From NCBI GenBank assembly GCA_937965735.1, contig CALCKU010000033.1, positions 1 to 58,271 on the forward strand: DNA of 58,271 nt. The letters are read 5' to 3'. The stretch is from an uncultured Caulobacterales bacterium (GTDB taxonomy: Bacteria > Pseudomonadota > Alphaproteobacteria > Caulobacterales > Maricaulaceae). Shown here piece after piece: positions 1 to 10,528 of the stretch (its first letter is position 1; each line of letters begins with the position of its first letter). The position numbers and the translations under genes are program-made. The notes under the pieces are model-generated. The model saw only the letters and a list, made by a program, of their open reading frames with translations, was not told the DNA's origin and ran no database searches.

Positions 1-1
1 T

Positions 2-649
2 CTGCGACTACCAGATGAAAACGGAGAAGAACGATTTCTTATTAATCCCTACGGTGTGATGTTTGACGAAATGACGGCATCATCCCTCGTGAAAATTGAT
101 ATGAACGGGAACATTTGCCAAGAGACGCCCTATTTTATTAATCCGGCGGGTTTTACGATTCACAGTGCTGTGCATATGGCGCGCCATGATGCTGGATGTG
201 TCATTCATGTGCACACACCTTACGGTATTGCTGTGTCTGTTCAAAAAGCGGGGCTGCGCCGATACTCACAGTTTTCAATGCAAGTCTATAATGATTTGGC
301 CTACCATGATTATGAAGGCATTGCCTTAAATCATGATGAGCGTGAGCGGATTGTTAAAGATCTCGGCGATAAAGGCCTAATGATGCTCCGTAATCATGGC
401 ACGCTGACTCTTGGCCCGAATTGCGCCATAGCATTTTTACGCATGTATTTCTTAGAAAATGCCTGCAAAACACAAATTCTAGCGCAAGCTGCGGGGGGCG
501 AAGCTTTCCTAAACGAAGAACCGCCCGAAATGGGCGATCTTGTCTACGGGCAAGGCGCCGCCGCTTTTATGCCTGGTATGGGGGATAACCTTGTTTGGCC
601 CGGCCTTATGCGGAAATTAAAGCGTGTAAATCCCGGTCACGACCATTAG
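2..649 (+). CDS. Class II aldolase/adducin-domain protein (5' end outside the window)
   Basis: The frame is open from base 2 (LRLPDENGEERFLINPYGVMFDE...). It has the family-typical FLINPYG, SAVHMARHDAGCVIHVHTPYG and LRNHGTLTLG segments. Stop at 647-649. Confidence 0.8.
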   Translation: MRLPDENGEERFLINPYGVMFDEMTASSLVKIDMNGNICQETPYFINPAGFTIHSAVHMARHDAGCVIHVHTPYGIAVSVQKAGLRRYSQFSMQVYNDLAYHDYEGIALNHDERERIVKDLGDKGLMMLRNHGTLTLGPNCAIAFLRMYFLENACKTQILAQAAGGEAFLNEEPPEMGDLVYGQGAAAFMPGMGDNLVWPGLMRKLKRVNPGHDH

Positions 650-683
650 CCGCCCTTGAATAGAGATGTGAAGGTTTTTGACC

Positions 684-717
684 CACATCAGTAAGTGTTT
701 GTTTACTTACTGATGTG
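684..717. terminator. Bidirectional hairpin between convergent genes
   Basis: Perfect 13-bp stem cacatcagtaagt / acttactgatgtg with an 8-nt loop. It lies between the aldolase-like gene (+) and the Sel1 gene (-). Confidence 0.5.
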
Positions 718-755
718 AAGCCGACCAATAGGCTTAAACTTTAAAGGCAGTGTTT

Positions 756-1823
756 TCACTTAAACGTATGGTCCTTTAGTGTTTGGCTTTGGTCTTGCAA
801 AAATCTTTGTCGCGCGCGCGCCAGAACACTCGGATCGACATTGTCCTCTAGCCTTTGTTTCAAGGCTTGACGATCTTTTTCGTACGCATCAACCGCAGAT
901 TCTCCAGATTTTAACAGCCAATAATAAGCGTCTTCAAAGGATTGCTCAACGCCTTCACCCTTTGCGAGTGTAAAGGCATAAAGAAATTGCCCTTCTTTTT
1001 CGCCGCCTTTTGCTGCTTTTGCAAACCAATGTGCGGCGCGTTTCGTGTTTTGTTTAACTCCCGCCCCTTGATAGACTAATAAACCGTAATCGGCTTGCGC
1101 TGCAGCGAGCCCGCCTTCTGCGGCTTGACGCATTAAGATCGCCGCTTTCTGACTATTGGGGCGAATGTCAAGGTTTTCAACATACATAAGCGCGGCAATA
1201 TAGGCCGCTTCAACATCGCCTTTCGCGGCTGATTTTTCATACCAATTCAGGGCTTCTTGCGGATCTGTCTCAATCAATAAGTCACCCATACGACGTGCTG
1301 AGCGTGTATCGCCGTGACGATTAGCCCGCTCAAGCCATTTAGCGGATTGCTCAAGATCTTGTGGGACACCGCTCCCTTTGGAATACATATCGGCCAGAAC
1401 CCGCATGGCATCCCCGCGTCCCAAATTTGCCGCTTTCACAAGCCAGTTTCGGGCATGACTGGGCCTAAGACCCGCTTGACTGCGTAATGACATTTCGCCC
1501 AGTGCGACGAACGCGTCTGGATGATTTTGTTCCGCTGCAGAACGAAACCATTTCGCCGCATCATCGACATCAATGACACCCGTCTCGCCGCGCAATAAAA
1601 TATGCCCGACCATGACTTGCGCATCGGCATTGCCGTTCGAACCGGCTATTTTCGCATTGACGAGTGCGAGCGTTTTATTCCCGTCTTCATAAGCAATCAG
1701 CGCATCTTGATAGGTAATGTGTTTCATGCTGTTTTCAGGATTGATAGAAATCCCACTCGGGGTGGACGCCCATGCAGTGTCTGAAAACGTCAATGTTGCA
1801 AGTGTTAATAAAGACAGTTGCAT
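756..1823 (-). CDS. Sel1/TPR-repeat exported protein
   Basis: Repeated Sel1-type units (A..W..KAA..G...A...LG.MY..G.GV.Q). Start placed at the internal ATG 1823, which gives the signal-like N-terminus MQLSLLTLATLTFSDTAWA. The longer ORF to 2135 overlaps thiE. Confidence 0.75.
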   Translation of the reverse strand: MQLSLLTLATLTFSDTAWASTPSGISINPENSMKHITYQDALIAYEDGNKTLALVNAKIAGSNGNADAQVMVGHILLRGETGVIDVDDAAKWFRSAAEQNHPDAFVALGEMSLRSQAGLRPSHARNWLVKAANLGRGDAMRVLADMYSKGSGVPQDLEQSAKWLERANRHGDTRSARRMGDLLIETDPQEALNWYEKSAAKGDVEAAYIAALMYVENLDIRPNSQKAAILMRQAAEGGLAAAQADYGLLVYQGAGVKQNTKRAAHWFAKAAKGGEKEGQFLYAFTLAKGEGVEQSFEDAYYWLLKSGESAVDAYEKDRQALKQRLEDNVDPSVLARARQRFLQDQSQTLKDHTFK

Positions 1824-1939
1824 GCTAAGGTAAAGTGCCAATACGGATAGGCGACTGGCTCTACAACTGGTTATAGGCTTGGTTTCAGAAGCCTTCGAAT
1901 ATACAGTTACAGGTCCAGTTAGAGGCCCAGTTACGGGAT

Positions 1940-2617
1940 TTATTGCGTGGCTAAATGTGAATTTAGGCAGAGTTTCGATAATGTTTGCACGGCGATCTCG
2001 GGGCCAGCCGAATGCGCCCAAACGCCGGCCGATAGCGCGATAAAATCTGCGCCTGCTTCGATTACGGATTGGGCGTTCTCGACTGTGATCCCGCCAATCG
2101 CGACAGAAGGAATTTCTATAAAGAGGTTCCACCATTTTAAGATCTCCATATCACAACGTGTTGGCGCGTCTTTTGTCTGTGTTTCGAACACAGCGCCAAA
2201 GGCGACATAATCGGCACCCGACTCTGCCGCACTTAAGGCTAAGTCCTTTGAATTATGGCAGGTTACACCAATAATTGCATCCTTTCCCAGCAGTTCACGA
2301 GATGACAAATAATCCATGTCGGACTGGCCAATATGGACGCCGTCTGCACCGACCGCTTTGGCTATGTCAGGACGGTCATTGATAATAAGCAAGGTTTGAT
2401 GCTTATGCACAATTGTCTTCATCGCACGTGCGGCCTGTAACAAAGCCGTGTCATCTAAGTGTTTTAGACGGACTTGTAGGCACGCAATTGGCGCATTACT
2501 GGGAACCGCTGCCAATGTACGGTCAAGCGTCGCGAGAAATACGGCCATATCATCAATAATTGGAGGGGTGATGAGGTAAATCTGGCAGGGCATATGTGTG
2601 GGGGCTTGTGGGCTCAT
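1940..2617 (-). CDS. thiE: Thiamine-phosphate synthase
   Basis: 225 aa with the ThiE-like pattern IYLITPP, LQVRLKH, LIINDRPDIA, GADGVHIGQSD, GVTCHN, DYVAFGAVF.T.TK and AIGGI. Confidence 0.85.
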   Translation of the reverse strand: MSPQAPTHMPCQIYLITPPIIDDMAVFLATLDRTLAAVPSNAPIACLQVRLKHLDDTALLQAARAMKTIVHKHQTLLIINDRPDIAKAVGADGVHIGQSDMDYLSSRELLGKDAIIGVTCHNSKDLALSAAESGADYVAFGAVFETQTKDAPTRCDMEILKWWNLFIEIPSVAIGGITVENAQSVIEAGADFIALSAGVWAHSAGPEIAVQTLSKLCLNSHLATQ

Positions 2618-2765
2618 AATAGGCTTAAAGTTTTTAAAATAATCTGGTAAAATAATCTGGGTAATAGAGTTTGGATTATAGAGACTGTCTCATAATAAGG
2701 CGTTATTGAAACCGCTCAGGAGAGAAACATTACACAATAAGCCCTAATAATAGTCGAGCGCCCCA

Positions 2766-3122
2766 TTATAAAAGTCGAGTGCCATTGGGCGTTTCGCTGT
2801 CGGGACTAAATAAAACGACATGACCCTCTGCATTATGAAAGCCCAGCGTCAGCACTTCAGACCGTACAGGACCAATTTGACGCGGTGGAAAATTCACAAC
2901 GGCTGCAATCTGTTTTCCGATAAGGTCTGATTTCGCATAAAGGCCTGTAATTTGGGCTGATGATTTTTTAACGCCGATATCGGGGCCAAAATCTATTTTT
3001 AACTTATAAGCAGGTTTTCGTGCCTCGGGGAAATCATCACAAGCTATGATCGTTCCAGTTCGAATATCAATCTTAAGAAAAGTTTCAAAGTCCGTTTCAG
3101 TTAATTTAGAAGTCTTTTTCAT
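2766..3122 (-). CDS. tRNA-binding domain protein (CsaA-like)
   Basis: 118 aa. KIDIRTGTII...ARKPAYKLKIDFG...SSAQIT..Y....LIGKQI.AVVNFPPRQIG is typical of the CsaA/EMAP OB-fold. Confidence 0.8.
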   Translation of the reverse strand: MKKTSKLTETDFETFLKIDIRTGTIIACDDFPEARKPAYKLKIDFGPDIGVKKSSAQITGLYAKSDLIGKQIAAVVNFPPRQIGPVRSEVLTLGFHNAEGHVVLFSPDSETPNGTRLL

Positions 3123-3390
3123 AGAACGTCATTAAATAAAGAAAAGGCATATAGCAATCCATATGCTACGTCAGGAAGGTATAATTCCACGCTAAAGCCA
3201 TAATGCCTTATTGGGCACGATGTACACCTTATCTTGAAAACATTTCTCATATATTGCGCATTAGCCTATAAATTGCATACCGAAACTGGTAAGGCGCTTG
3301 CAATAGGCGCAAGTCCTCTCTTACGGGTGGTTGGGCTTGATTGAAAAACGCACTTGTTTTGCAACGCCGCACGTAATTTTGACGGAGTTT

Positions 3391-4758
3391 ATGATGGCGA
3401 ATATGAAGACAAAACAATTCTTTGGAACGGACGGTGTACGGGGCAAAGCCAATTTTGGTAAAATGACTCCCGAAAATGTCATGCGCCTTGGAATGGCGGC
3501 CGGAAAATATTTTCATAAACAAAATGGGCAACGTAACAGCGTTGTTATTGGTAAAGATACGCGTTTGTCGGGCTATATGATTGAACCCGCGCTTGTTGCA
3601 GGCTTTACCGCCGTTGGGATGGATGTAAAATTATTTGGTCCGATTCCGACCCCCGCCGTCTCACTTATGACCCGAACCTTACGCGCAGATTTAGGGGTTA
3701 TGATTACGGCGTCCCATAATCAATTCTTTGATAATGGGATAAAGTTTTTTGGCCCCGATGGCCGTAAATTACATGATGATACGGAACATGCAATTGAAGC
3801 ATTAATGCAAGAAAAATGGAAAGAAGGTTTAGCCGAATCTGAGTATTTAGGCCGTGTAAAGCGCTATGAAGATGTTCAAGCGCGTTATGTCGAAATCGTA
3901 AAAGCCAGTTTCCCGCGCCGTATGCGCTTATCGGGTCTTCGTATTGTGGTTGATTGTGCCCATGGCGCGGCTTACCGTACGGCCCCTGATACCCTATGGG
4001 AGCTTGGGGCTGAAAAGGTCATCCCAATAGGGGTAAGCCCAAACGGTACCAATATCAATCAAAGCTGTGGTTCAACCTCAACAGACCTACTCTCTAAAAC
4101 GGTTGTCGATATGCGTGCAGATATTGGCATTGCATTTGACGGGGACGCTGACCGCCTCATCATGAGTGATGAAAAAGGGAAGATTATTGACGGTGACCAA
4201 TTACTCGCACTCATAGGTACGGGATGGGCTAAGTCAGGGCAATTGGCGAAGCCCGGTGTCGTCGCGACTGTTATGTCAAATTTGGGACTTGAGCGTTATC
4301 TTGAAGATAAAAAGCTCTCGCTTATACGAACCAATGTCGGAGACCGTTACGTTGCAGAGCGTATGCGCAAGGATGGTTATAATGTGGGCGGTGAGCAATC
4401 GGGTCATATGTTAATGACAGATTTTGCTCCGACGGGCGACGGTGCGATTGCAGCGCTACAAGTTCTGGCAGAAATCGTAAGAGCGGGTAAACCTGCGAGC
4501 GAAATGCTCAACCTGTTTACACCAGTGCCCCAAAAACTTAAAAACGTCCGTTATAGCGGGGCATCACCCATGCGGCATAAAGATTTAATCGCGGCAATAG
4601 AAGATGCAAAGTCGGATCTCGGCAATTCAGGGCGAGTGTTGGTGCGGGCTTCGGGTACAGAGCCGCTTATTCGCGTGATGGCCGAAGGCGATGATATCGG
4701 GCAAGTTGAGCGTGTAACGGACGGTTTGGTTAATCTGATAAAATCAATTGCGGCCTAG
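3391..4758 (+). CDS. glmM: Phosphoglucosamine mutase
   Basis: [11 protein letters not shown], active-site ITASHN, DGDADR and GGEQSGH motifs. Start moved to ATG 3391 ([15 protein letters not shown]), because the upstream 20 codons of the ORF look non-native. Confidence 0.9.
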   Translation: MMANMKTKQFFGTDGVRGKANFGKMTPENVMRLGMAAGKYFHKQNGQRNSVVIGKDTRLSGYMIEPALVAGFTAVGMDVKLFGPIPTPAVSLMTRTLRADLGVMITASHNQFFDNGIKFFGPDGRKLHDDTEHAIEALMQEKWKEGLAESEYLGRVKRYEDVQARYVEIVKASFPRRMRLSGLRIVVDCAHGAAYRTAPDTLWELGAEKVIPIGVSPNGTNINQSCGSTSTDLLSKTVVDMRADIGIAFDGDADRLIMSDEKGKIIDGDQLLALIGTGWAKSGQLAKPGVVATVMSNLGLERYLEDKKLSLIRTNVGDRYVAERMRKDGYNVGGEQSGHMLMTDFAPTGDGAIAALQVLAEIVRAGKPASEMLNLFTPVPQKLKNVRYSGASPMRHKDLIAAIEDAKSDLGNSGRVLVRASGTEPLIRVMAEGDDIGQVERVTDGLVNLIKSIAA

Positions 4759-5052
4759 GCTCTGATCACCCATTGGGATCAATAATATCACGGCTTCATA
4801 CTCAAATCAAAAACGCTCCCCAATCTAAAGCGTTACGAATAGCGCGGCTAAATGTTTAGACCCAAGCTCATTCTCTACCGATAAAAAGAAGGCTTTGCTA
4901 ATTTCGCAGTTCAAGTTACACCCAAATGGGATAAACTGGAAATTGTTATTGGGTGTGTCTATATGCGAGCTTTATCTTGTTTAAGACAATTGAACCAAGA
5001 TAAGGGTACAATATACACTCGGTAACAAAGAAGCGGGTAGGGTTTAAAAATA

Positions 5053-7596
5053 GTGGCGTCAGCATTACAATCTATGCCGATAGAGATGATTAGCCTTATT
5101 GTCACAATAGGGGCTGTTTTACTGTCCATTCTTACAACCATATCCGCGATTCGGGCTTCTACACGCGCGGGGGATAAAGGCGGAAATTGGAAAAATAAAT
5201 GTAAGAACCTCGACGAAAAACTTTCGCGGCTGGATTCTATTTTTGGATCCTATCCGGGCCTTATCTTAGTTTGGGAAGAAAATGTTCCAAATTATGAGGC
5301 GAAACGGCAGGATTTAAAAAAACCAGACGCAAAAAGCCTAGACCTCAAAAACAGTGAAAGCAGCCTGCCAGGAAACGAAGATTGGTCGGATGAAAATTGG
5401 GGCGACCCTCGGCTTTATGGCTCTCCCGCAGCCTTGGCTTCTATTATCCGTTTTGCCGAGCCCGGTCGTCATAATCAATTTGCCCAAAGAGTGCTGGACG
5501 GATTGGCAGATTTGGACACATTATCTGACAGTGAAGACAGCACGACATTACGGGGACATTTGGCGAAGTTACGTCGAAAAGGCGAGCCGTTCTCGCTCTC
5601 GATCGTTTTGCCAGAAGGCGCAGTCATCGAAGTTGACGGACGTGTCGCGGGCCGTCAAGTCGTCTTGTGGTTAGAAGACGCGACGATTCGAGGTGAGGAT
5701 GAACGCACGGCTATTAGTCGTTTTGAAAATCACCGCATCACCGCAGAAACAGACCCTGTTGCCTTTATAGAAATGATGAGCCGCGCCCCGTTTCCTATGT
5801 GGCGTATATCAGGCACGGGCCGCCTAACATGGGTCAACGAAGCCTATGTTAAAGATGTCGGGGCTGAAAGCCTTGACCATGTTATTGAAGAGCAAATTCA
5901 ATTAGACGAACACGCTGGCGAGCAAGCCAAGCGCGCCCTCTCTTCTAATGAACGGGTCGAAGATATTCGACATGTTGTTCTCGGCGGACAAAGACGTTCA
6001 ACGTCAATGACTGTGTTTCCAATTTCAGGCGGCGCCGCAGGGCTTGCAATGGATGCCAGCGAGACAGAGGCTTTGCGCGATGCGCTAACCCGTCATATCC
6101 GCGCCCACGATGAAACGCTTAACCGTTTGGATGAAGGGGTGGCAATTTTTGGGGCCGATAAACGCCTAACCTTCCACAATAAAGCCTTTGCAAAGATTTT
6201 TAAACTCAAAGAAGAATGGTTTCAAGATCGCCCAGGGCATTCGGATTGGCTGGCACAGCTGAGGGAAAAACGCCAATTGCCTGAGCAAATTGACTATAGA
6301 AGCTGGCGGGATCGAGAATTGTCACTTTATACAGATTGGCCCGACGAAATGCCAGATGAAGTTTGGAATCTACCAGACGGGCGGAGCCTTCGAATTGTTC
6401 GAATGCGGGATCCCGAAGGCGGGATCTCATTTATGATCGGGGATATAACGGATAAGCTTACATTGCAAAGCCGTTTTAATACGTTGATTAACGTTCAAAA
6501 AGCGACCCTAGATCGTTTGTCCGAAGGCATTGCTGTATTTGGAACCGATGGTCGTTTGAAAATTCATAATCAAGCTTTTGCCAGTGTGTGGAACTTGCCT
6601 GATGAGATTTTGGCCGAGAACCCTCACTTTAACAAATTAATCCCGCATCATTTACCCCTTTACCATGACCGTGCGTTTTGGGAGGAGCTGAAAGCTCGCT
6701 CAACAGACCCAAACCCTGAAGTTCGCCGTTCTGTCCAAGGTGAAATCCGACGCTCTGATGATAAAATGCTGACATGGCTTTCGCGGCCTTTACCAGACGG
6801 GGCGACCCTAGTGGCGTGGGATGATGTTACGGATGAGCGCCGCGCTGAAGCGGCCTTGCTTGAGCGGGCCGAGGCGATGGAAGCGGCCGATCGCTTGAAG
6901 TCCGAGTTTGTGGGTCATGTTAGCTATCAATTGCGAACCCCGCTCACAACGATTGCTGGCTATGCGGACTTATTGCAAAGCAATGCCGCAGGGGAGTTAA
7001 ATGATAAGCAATCCGAGTATATTTTTGCCATTCAAAGTGCCTCGGAAGATTTGGCTAAGACTATTGATGATATTTTGGATATTGCCGCGATTGAAGCCAA
7101 TGTTCTGGATCTCACGCTTGGTGATGTGGATGTCTATAGTTTATTGTTCACAGCGCTCGATTATGTCGCGACAAAAGCTGAAGATACAAAAATTGCCTTA
7201 CGGCTCGCATGTCCCGAAGACGTCGGTACTATTCGCGCGGATGAGACCCGCCTGAAACAAGTGGTCTATAATCTTCTCTCTAACGCTTTACGATTTACCC
7301 AAGCGGGCGGCGGTATTGAGCTGGGTGGACGACAGACAGAAGATGGCGGCGTTATGATTTGGGTCAAAGATGACGGCGTGGGTATACCGCCCGAACATCA
7401 ACCCAAAGTGTTTGAGAGCTTCCAATCCAGTCGCGGCGGCGCAGGCCTTGGTCTTGCACTCGTCCAACGGTTTGTGGAACGACATGGCGGTTGGGTAGAT
7501 CTGGAATCAGAAGAGGGTGAAGGTACGCATGTTACCTGTTACCTCCCGAAAGAGGCCGCCGTAGATAATGCGCATCCAGAGCTTGATTTTAGCTAA
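5053..7596 (+). CDS. Membrane-anchored multi-PAS sensor histidine kinase
   Basis: N-terminal TM segment (IEMISLIVTIGAVLLSILTTI). Repeated PAS-like blocks (LDEGVAIFGADKRLTFHNKAF / LSEGIAVFGTDGRLKIHNQAF). H-box EFVGHVSYQLRTPL. N/G boxes YNLLSNALRF, DDGVGIP and GLGLALV. Start is GTG 5053, with ATG 5074 as an alternative. Confidence 0.85.
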   Translation: MASALQSMPIEMISLIVTIGAVLLSILTTISAIRASTRAGDKGGNWKNKCKNLDEKLSRLDSIFGSYPGLILVWEENVPNYEAKRQDLKKPDAKSLDLKNSESSLPGNEDWSDENWGDPRLYGSPAALASIIRFAEPGRHNQFAQRVLDGLADLDTLSDSEDSTTLRGHLAKLRRKGEPFSLSIVLPEGAVIEVDGRVAGRQVVLWLEDATIRGEDERTAISRFENHRITAETDPVAFIEMMSRAPFPMWRISGTGRLTWVNEAYVKDVGAESLDHVIEEQIQLDEHAGEQAKRALSSNERVEDIRHVVLGGQRRSTSMTVFPISGGAAGLAMDASETEALRDALTRHIRAHDETLNRLDEGVAIFGADKRLTFHNKAFAKIFKLKEEWFQDRPGHSDWLAQLREKRQLPEQIDYRSWRDRELSLYTDWPDEMPDEVWNLPDGRSLRIVRMRDPEGGISFMIGDITDKLTLQSRFNTLINVQKATLDRLSEGIAVFGTDGRLKIHNQAFASVWNLPDEILAENPHFNKLIPHHLPLYHDRAFWEELKARSTDPNPEVRRSVQGEIRRSDDKMLTWLSRPLPDGATLVAWDDVTDERRAEAALLERAEAMEAADRLKSEFVGHVSYQLRTPLTTIAGYADLLQSNAAGELNDKQSEYIFAIQSASEDLAKTIDDILDIAAIEANVLDLTLGDVDVYSLLFTALDYVATKAEDTKIALRLACPEDVGTIRADETRLKQVVYNLLSNALRFTQAGGGIELGGRQTEDGGVMIWVKDDGVGIPPEHQPKVFESFQSSRGGAGLGLALVQRFVERHGGWVDLESEEGEGTHVTCYLPKEAAVDNAHPELDFS

Positions 7597-7720
7597 GTGT
7601 CAACACGACCTAGGGCTGAGCCAAGTTTTTGACCCGTAATCATTTTGTGTTATGCGATAGAGTTTCGTGAAATAAATCTCGCGCAAAATAAGACTGGCGC
7701 AAAATATTACAGACGAAGAC

Positions 7721-8038
7721 TTATTGAGATTCGGGTGTTCTAATCCGAATACCATCCAGTGTATCAGACATTAAAATTTGACATGAGAGCCGTGAATTGT
7801 CTTCGACATTTTCTGCAAAATCTAACATGCTATCTTCCATATCATCTTTGGCTTTAAGTTTGTCAAAGAACCCCCCTTCGACATAGACGTGGCACGTAGC
7901 ACAGGCACAAGCCCCGCCGCAATCCGCATCAATACCCGGAATCATATTCTGTACAGCGGCTTCCATAACCGATGTACCAGATTTGGTTTCGATTTCACGT
8001 TCGGAACCACTATGGTCGATGAAAATAACTTTCGGCAT
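7721..8038 (-). CDS. 2Fe-2S ferredoxin (adrenodoxin/putidaredoxin type)
   Basis: 105 aa with the cluster motif [12 protein letters not shown] plus a distal LSCQ. Confidence 0.85.
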   Translation of the reverse strand: MPKVIFIDHSGSEREIETKSGTSVMEAAVQNMIPGIDADCGGACACATCHVYVEGGFFDKLKAKDDMEDSMLDFAENVEDNSRLSCQILMSDTLDGIRIRTPESQ

Positions 8039-8113
8039 GATAGCTCCTTCAATTTGTACGAAACTTATGTAAGGTCTTGCTAAACTTTTGCAAGCGCGTA
8101 ACGAAGGATTATA

Positions 8114-8563
8114 ATGAAGATTATACTGTCAAATGAGTTCAAAACACGAAGCTTAGGTGCGCATATGGCGCATTCGGCACAAATTGGCGACGTGATAACC
8201 TTGGCAGGGCCGTTAGGCGCGGGAAAAACCAGTTTTGCGCGTGGGTTCATAGAGGCGCTAACGGATGTATCGGATGTACCGTCTCCGACCTATACGCTCG
8301 TGCAGACATATGCCGCTCGCGAATTTGAGATTTGGCATTGCGACCTTTATCGTCTCAACACGTCCGAAGACATTTTGGAACTCGGCCTGTTAGAGGCTTT
8401 TGAAGAAGCCGTATGTTTGATTGAATGGCCCGGTAAAATGGGGCGCTATCACCCTAAAGACTGTAAATCGGTTCAAATTGATTTCCAGGATCAGGGTCGT
8501 ATTGCCACCCTATCAGGATGGTCGCCTGAATTTGAGACGATGCTGAAAGCAGACTTTAAATGA
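8114..8563 (+). CDS. tsaE: tRNA t6A biosynthesis ATPase TsaE
   Basis: P-loop [13 protein letters not shown], then SPTYTLVQ.Y and HCDLYRL. The stop overlaps the next start (ATGA). Confidence 0.85.
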   Translation: MKIILSNEFKTRSLGAHMAHSAQIGDVITLAGPLGAGKTSFARGFIEALTDVSDVPSPTYTLVQTYAAREFEIWHCDLYRLNTSEDILELGLLEAFEEAVCLIEWPGKMGRYHPKDCKSVQIDFQDQGRIATLSGWSPEFETMLKADFK

Positions 8564-9777
8564 CCTCGCGCCAATCAGAGATTAAAGACTTTTTAAACGT
8601 ACTCGGTTGGGCGGATGCAGAGCGGAAAACCGTACCAGGGGATGCCTCTACACGCCGCTATGAACGCTTGTCTCGCGCTCAGAGTACCCGCGAAGCGGAT
8701 ATTGGGAACGCTAAAAATTCTGAAAATCCTAGAATTATCCGCGCGATTTTAATGGATGCTCCCAAAGAATCGGAGACCCCGAGCGAACCCGAAGGGGCCT
8801 CAATCGCGACACGGAAAGCGCTTGGCTATAATGCAACAGCGAGACTCGCGGGATCGGACATGCGAAGTTTTATAGCGGTCGCCGAAGCACTCACACAGAG
8901 AGGGTTTTCAGCGCCAAAGATATACGGAGCGGATATTGAAAAAGGGCTTATCCTTCTCGAAGATTTTGGCGATCCTGTTTATGCGCGCAAGATTGAAAAC
9001 AATTTAGCGCTAGAGCGTCCGCTTTATGAAGCGGCGATTGATACATTAGCCAGCCTTTACCGCTCTAGCTTTCCAGAAGTTTTAAGCTTTAAAAAACCAT
9101 CAGCTTAAAAGCGCTCTGCCTCTAACCCGTCTTCCTCAAGCCCGTCTTCCTCAAGCCCGTCTTCCTCAAGCCCGTTTTGGCGCATTCGCGATTACGACAA
9201 GACGGCCATGCTTGCAGAAACAGATTTATGTTTGGACTGGTTCGCTCAGGATTATAACCGCGTAATAACACCAGAGGCGCGCGAAGAATTTTACAGCTTA
9301 TGGAGCGCGGCATTTGAAGTCTTCAAGGTTCACGCTCAAGGTTTATGCCTTCGTGATTTCCATGCAGAGAACTTGTTCTGGCTTGAGGCTCGAAAGGGGA
9401 CAGAGCGCGTTGGCTTGATTGATTTTCAAGATGCCTTATGGGCCCATCCAGCTTATGATCTGGCTTCGTTAACTGAGGATATACGCCGAGATGTGTCCAC
9501 AAATTTAACGGATCCTTTAATTGAGCGGTTTTGTGATCAAGCTGGACTTGACTATAATGCGGATTTTCTAGCCGCCTATGCGGTTGCTGGCGGTCAGAGA
9601 AATACGAAATTACTGGGCTTCCCAGTGCGCGCTGATTTAAAATTTAACAAACCGCAATACCGCGCCCTTCTGCCGCGCGTCAAAAGGCATTTCCAAAACA
9701 GCCTGAAACATGATGCCTTGCTGGATATAAAAATCTGGTTTGAAACCAACCTCCCAGACGCTTTAAAAGCCTCTTAA
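8560..9777 (+). pseudogene. AmgK-like anomeric MurNAc/GlcNAc kinase (aminoglycoside phosphotransferase fold) interrupted by one in-frame TAA
   Basis: ORFs 8560-9108 and 9208-9777 are in the same frame. Only TAA 9106-9108 separates them. The N part has GDASTRRYERL, ILMDAP and LLEDFGD. The C part has LRDFHAENLFW and IDFQDA. Translation across the gap reads KRSASNPSSSSPSSSSPSSSSPFWRIRDYDKTAML. Confidence 0.6.
9126..9175. repeat. 15-bp tandem repeat x3.3 (cccgtcttcctcaag)
   Basis: Three perfect head-to-tail copies plus a 5-nt partial copy. In the kinase frame they encode (PSSSS)3. Confidence 0.9.
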
Positions 9778-9778
9778 T

Positions 9779-10528
9779 ATGACACGCACTCTCACAACGG
9801 CGATGATTATGGCAGCGGGTTATGGCACACGCATGCGTCCCCTGACAAACGATCGATCAAAAGCCATGGTTAAGGTCGGCGGCATGCCTTTGATCGACCA
9901 TATGCTTGCACGTCTTACAGATATTGGCATTAGACGCGTTATCGTCAATGTCCACGCCCACGCCGATCATTTAGAAGCCCATTTAAAATCGCGCACAAAC
10001 GGGCCTGAAATCATCATATCGGATGAGCGAGCGGCTTTATTGGAAACGGGCGGCGGGGTTGTCAAAGCCTTGCCTTTATTAGGGCGGCATCCGATTTTAA
10101 TCTGTAATATTGACGCCGTTTGGGCCGAATTTGAGCCCGTTCTCAAAGGCCTTATCCAGAGCTGGAAACCCGACCTTATGGATGAATGTTTATTATTGGC
10201 CAAACGTGAGGATTGTCTGGGGTATTCAGGCGTAGGGGATTTTGACTTGAATTCAGAGGGTCATATCACGCGCCGCGCTGGCGACCATGCGGATTACGTT
10301 TATGCAGGGGTTCAAATATTTAAACCTGAACTGGCCAAACCTTTTCCCGTAGAACCGTTTTCACGCAATAAAATTTGGGATAAAACCCTCGCGCAAAAAA
10401 GGATTTTTGGGACTGTCCTCCAAGGCTATTGGATGCATGTCGGAGATCCCCAAGCACGTTTGGCCGCAGACGCTGTCCTGTCTCAAGTCAAGTCCATTGC
10501 GCCGCCCGAAAGGTTACAGAAAATATGA
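9779..10528 (+). CDS. murU: Nucleotidyltransferase, MurU-like (MurNAc-1-P uridylyltransferase)
   Basis: N-terminal sugar-nucleotidyltransferase signature AAGYGTRMRPLT..R.KAMV.VGG.PLIDH. Adjacent to the amgK-like gene, as in the known amgK-murU recycling pair. Confidence 0.75.
   Translation: MTRTLTTAMIMAAGYGTRMRPLTNDRSKAMVKVGGMPLIDHMLARLTDIGIRRVIVNVHAHADHLEAHLKSRTNGPEIIISDERAALLETGGGVVKALPLLGRHPILICNIDAVWAEFEPVLKGLIQSWKPDLMDECLLLAKREDCLGYSGVGDFDLNSEGHITRRAGDHADYVYAGVQIFKPELAKPFPVEPFSRNKIWDKTLAQKRIFGTVLQGYWMHVGDPQARLAADAVLSQVKSIAPPERLQKI

Noticed and set aside
1824-2135. N-terminal 104-codon extension of the Sel1-repeat ORF
   Set aside because: It overlaps the 3' end of thiE in another frame and is Arg-rich nonsense. 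A proper signal peptide begins at the internal ATG 1823.
2618-2765. Possible TPP riboswitch upstream of thiE (aatctgg repeats, ctgag-like strings)
   Set aside because: On the thiE strand the conserved blocks (GGGGUGC...CUGAGA...ACCUGAUCUGGAUAAUGCCAGCG) are not present in the right order or form. Only scattered short similarities were seen.
5354-5674. 106-aa alternative-frame ORF inside the histidine kinase gene, and 7001-7255 likewise
   Set aside because: These are same-strand out-of-frame ORFs embedded in a well-supported CDS, with no RBS or motifs.
9126-9175. Tandem repeats here, at 40589-40636 and at 52587-52757 considered as CRISPR arrays
   Set aside because: The units are 12-18 bp and directly abutting with no spacers, and there are no cas genes. 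These are micro/minisatellites, not CRISPR.
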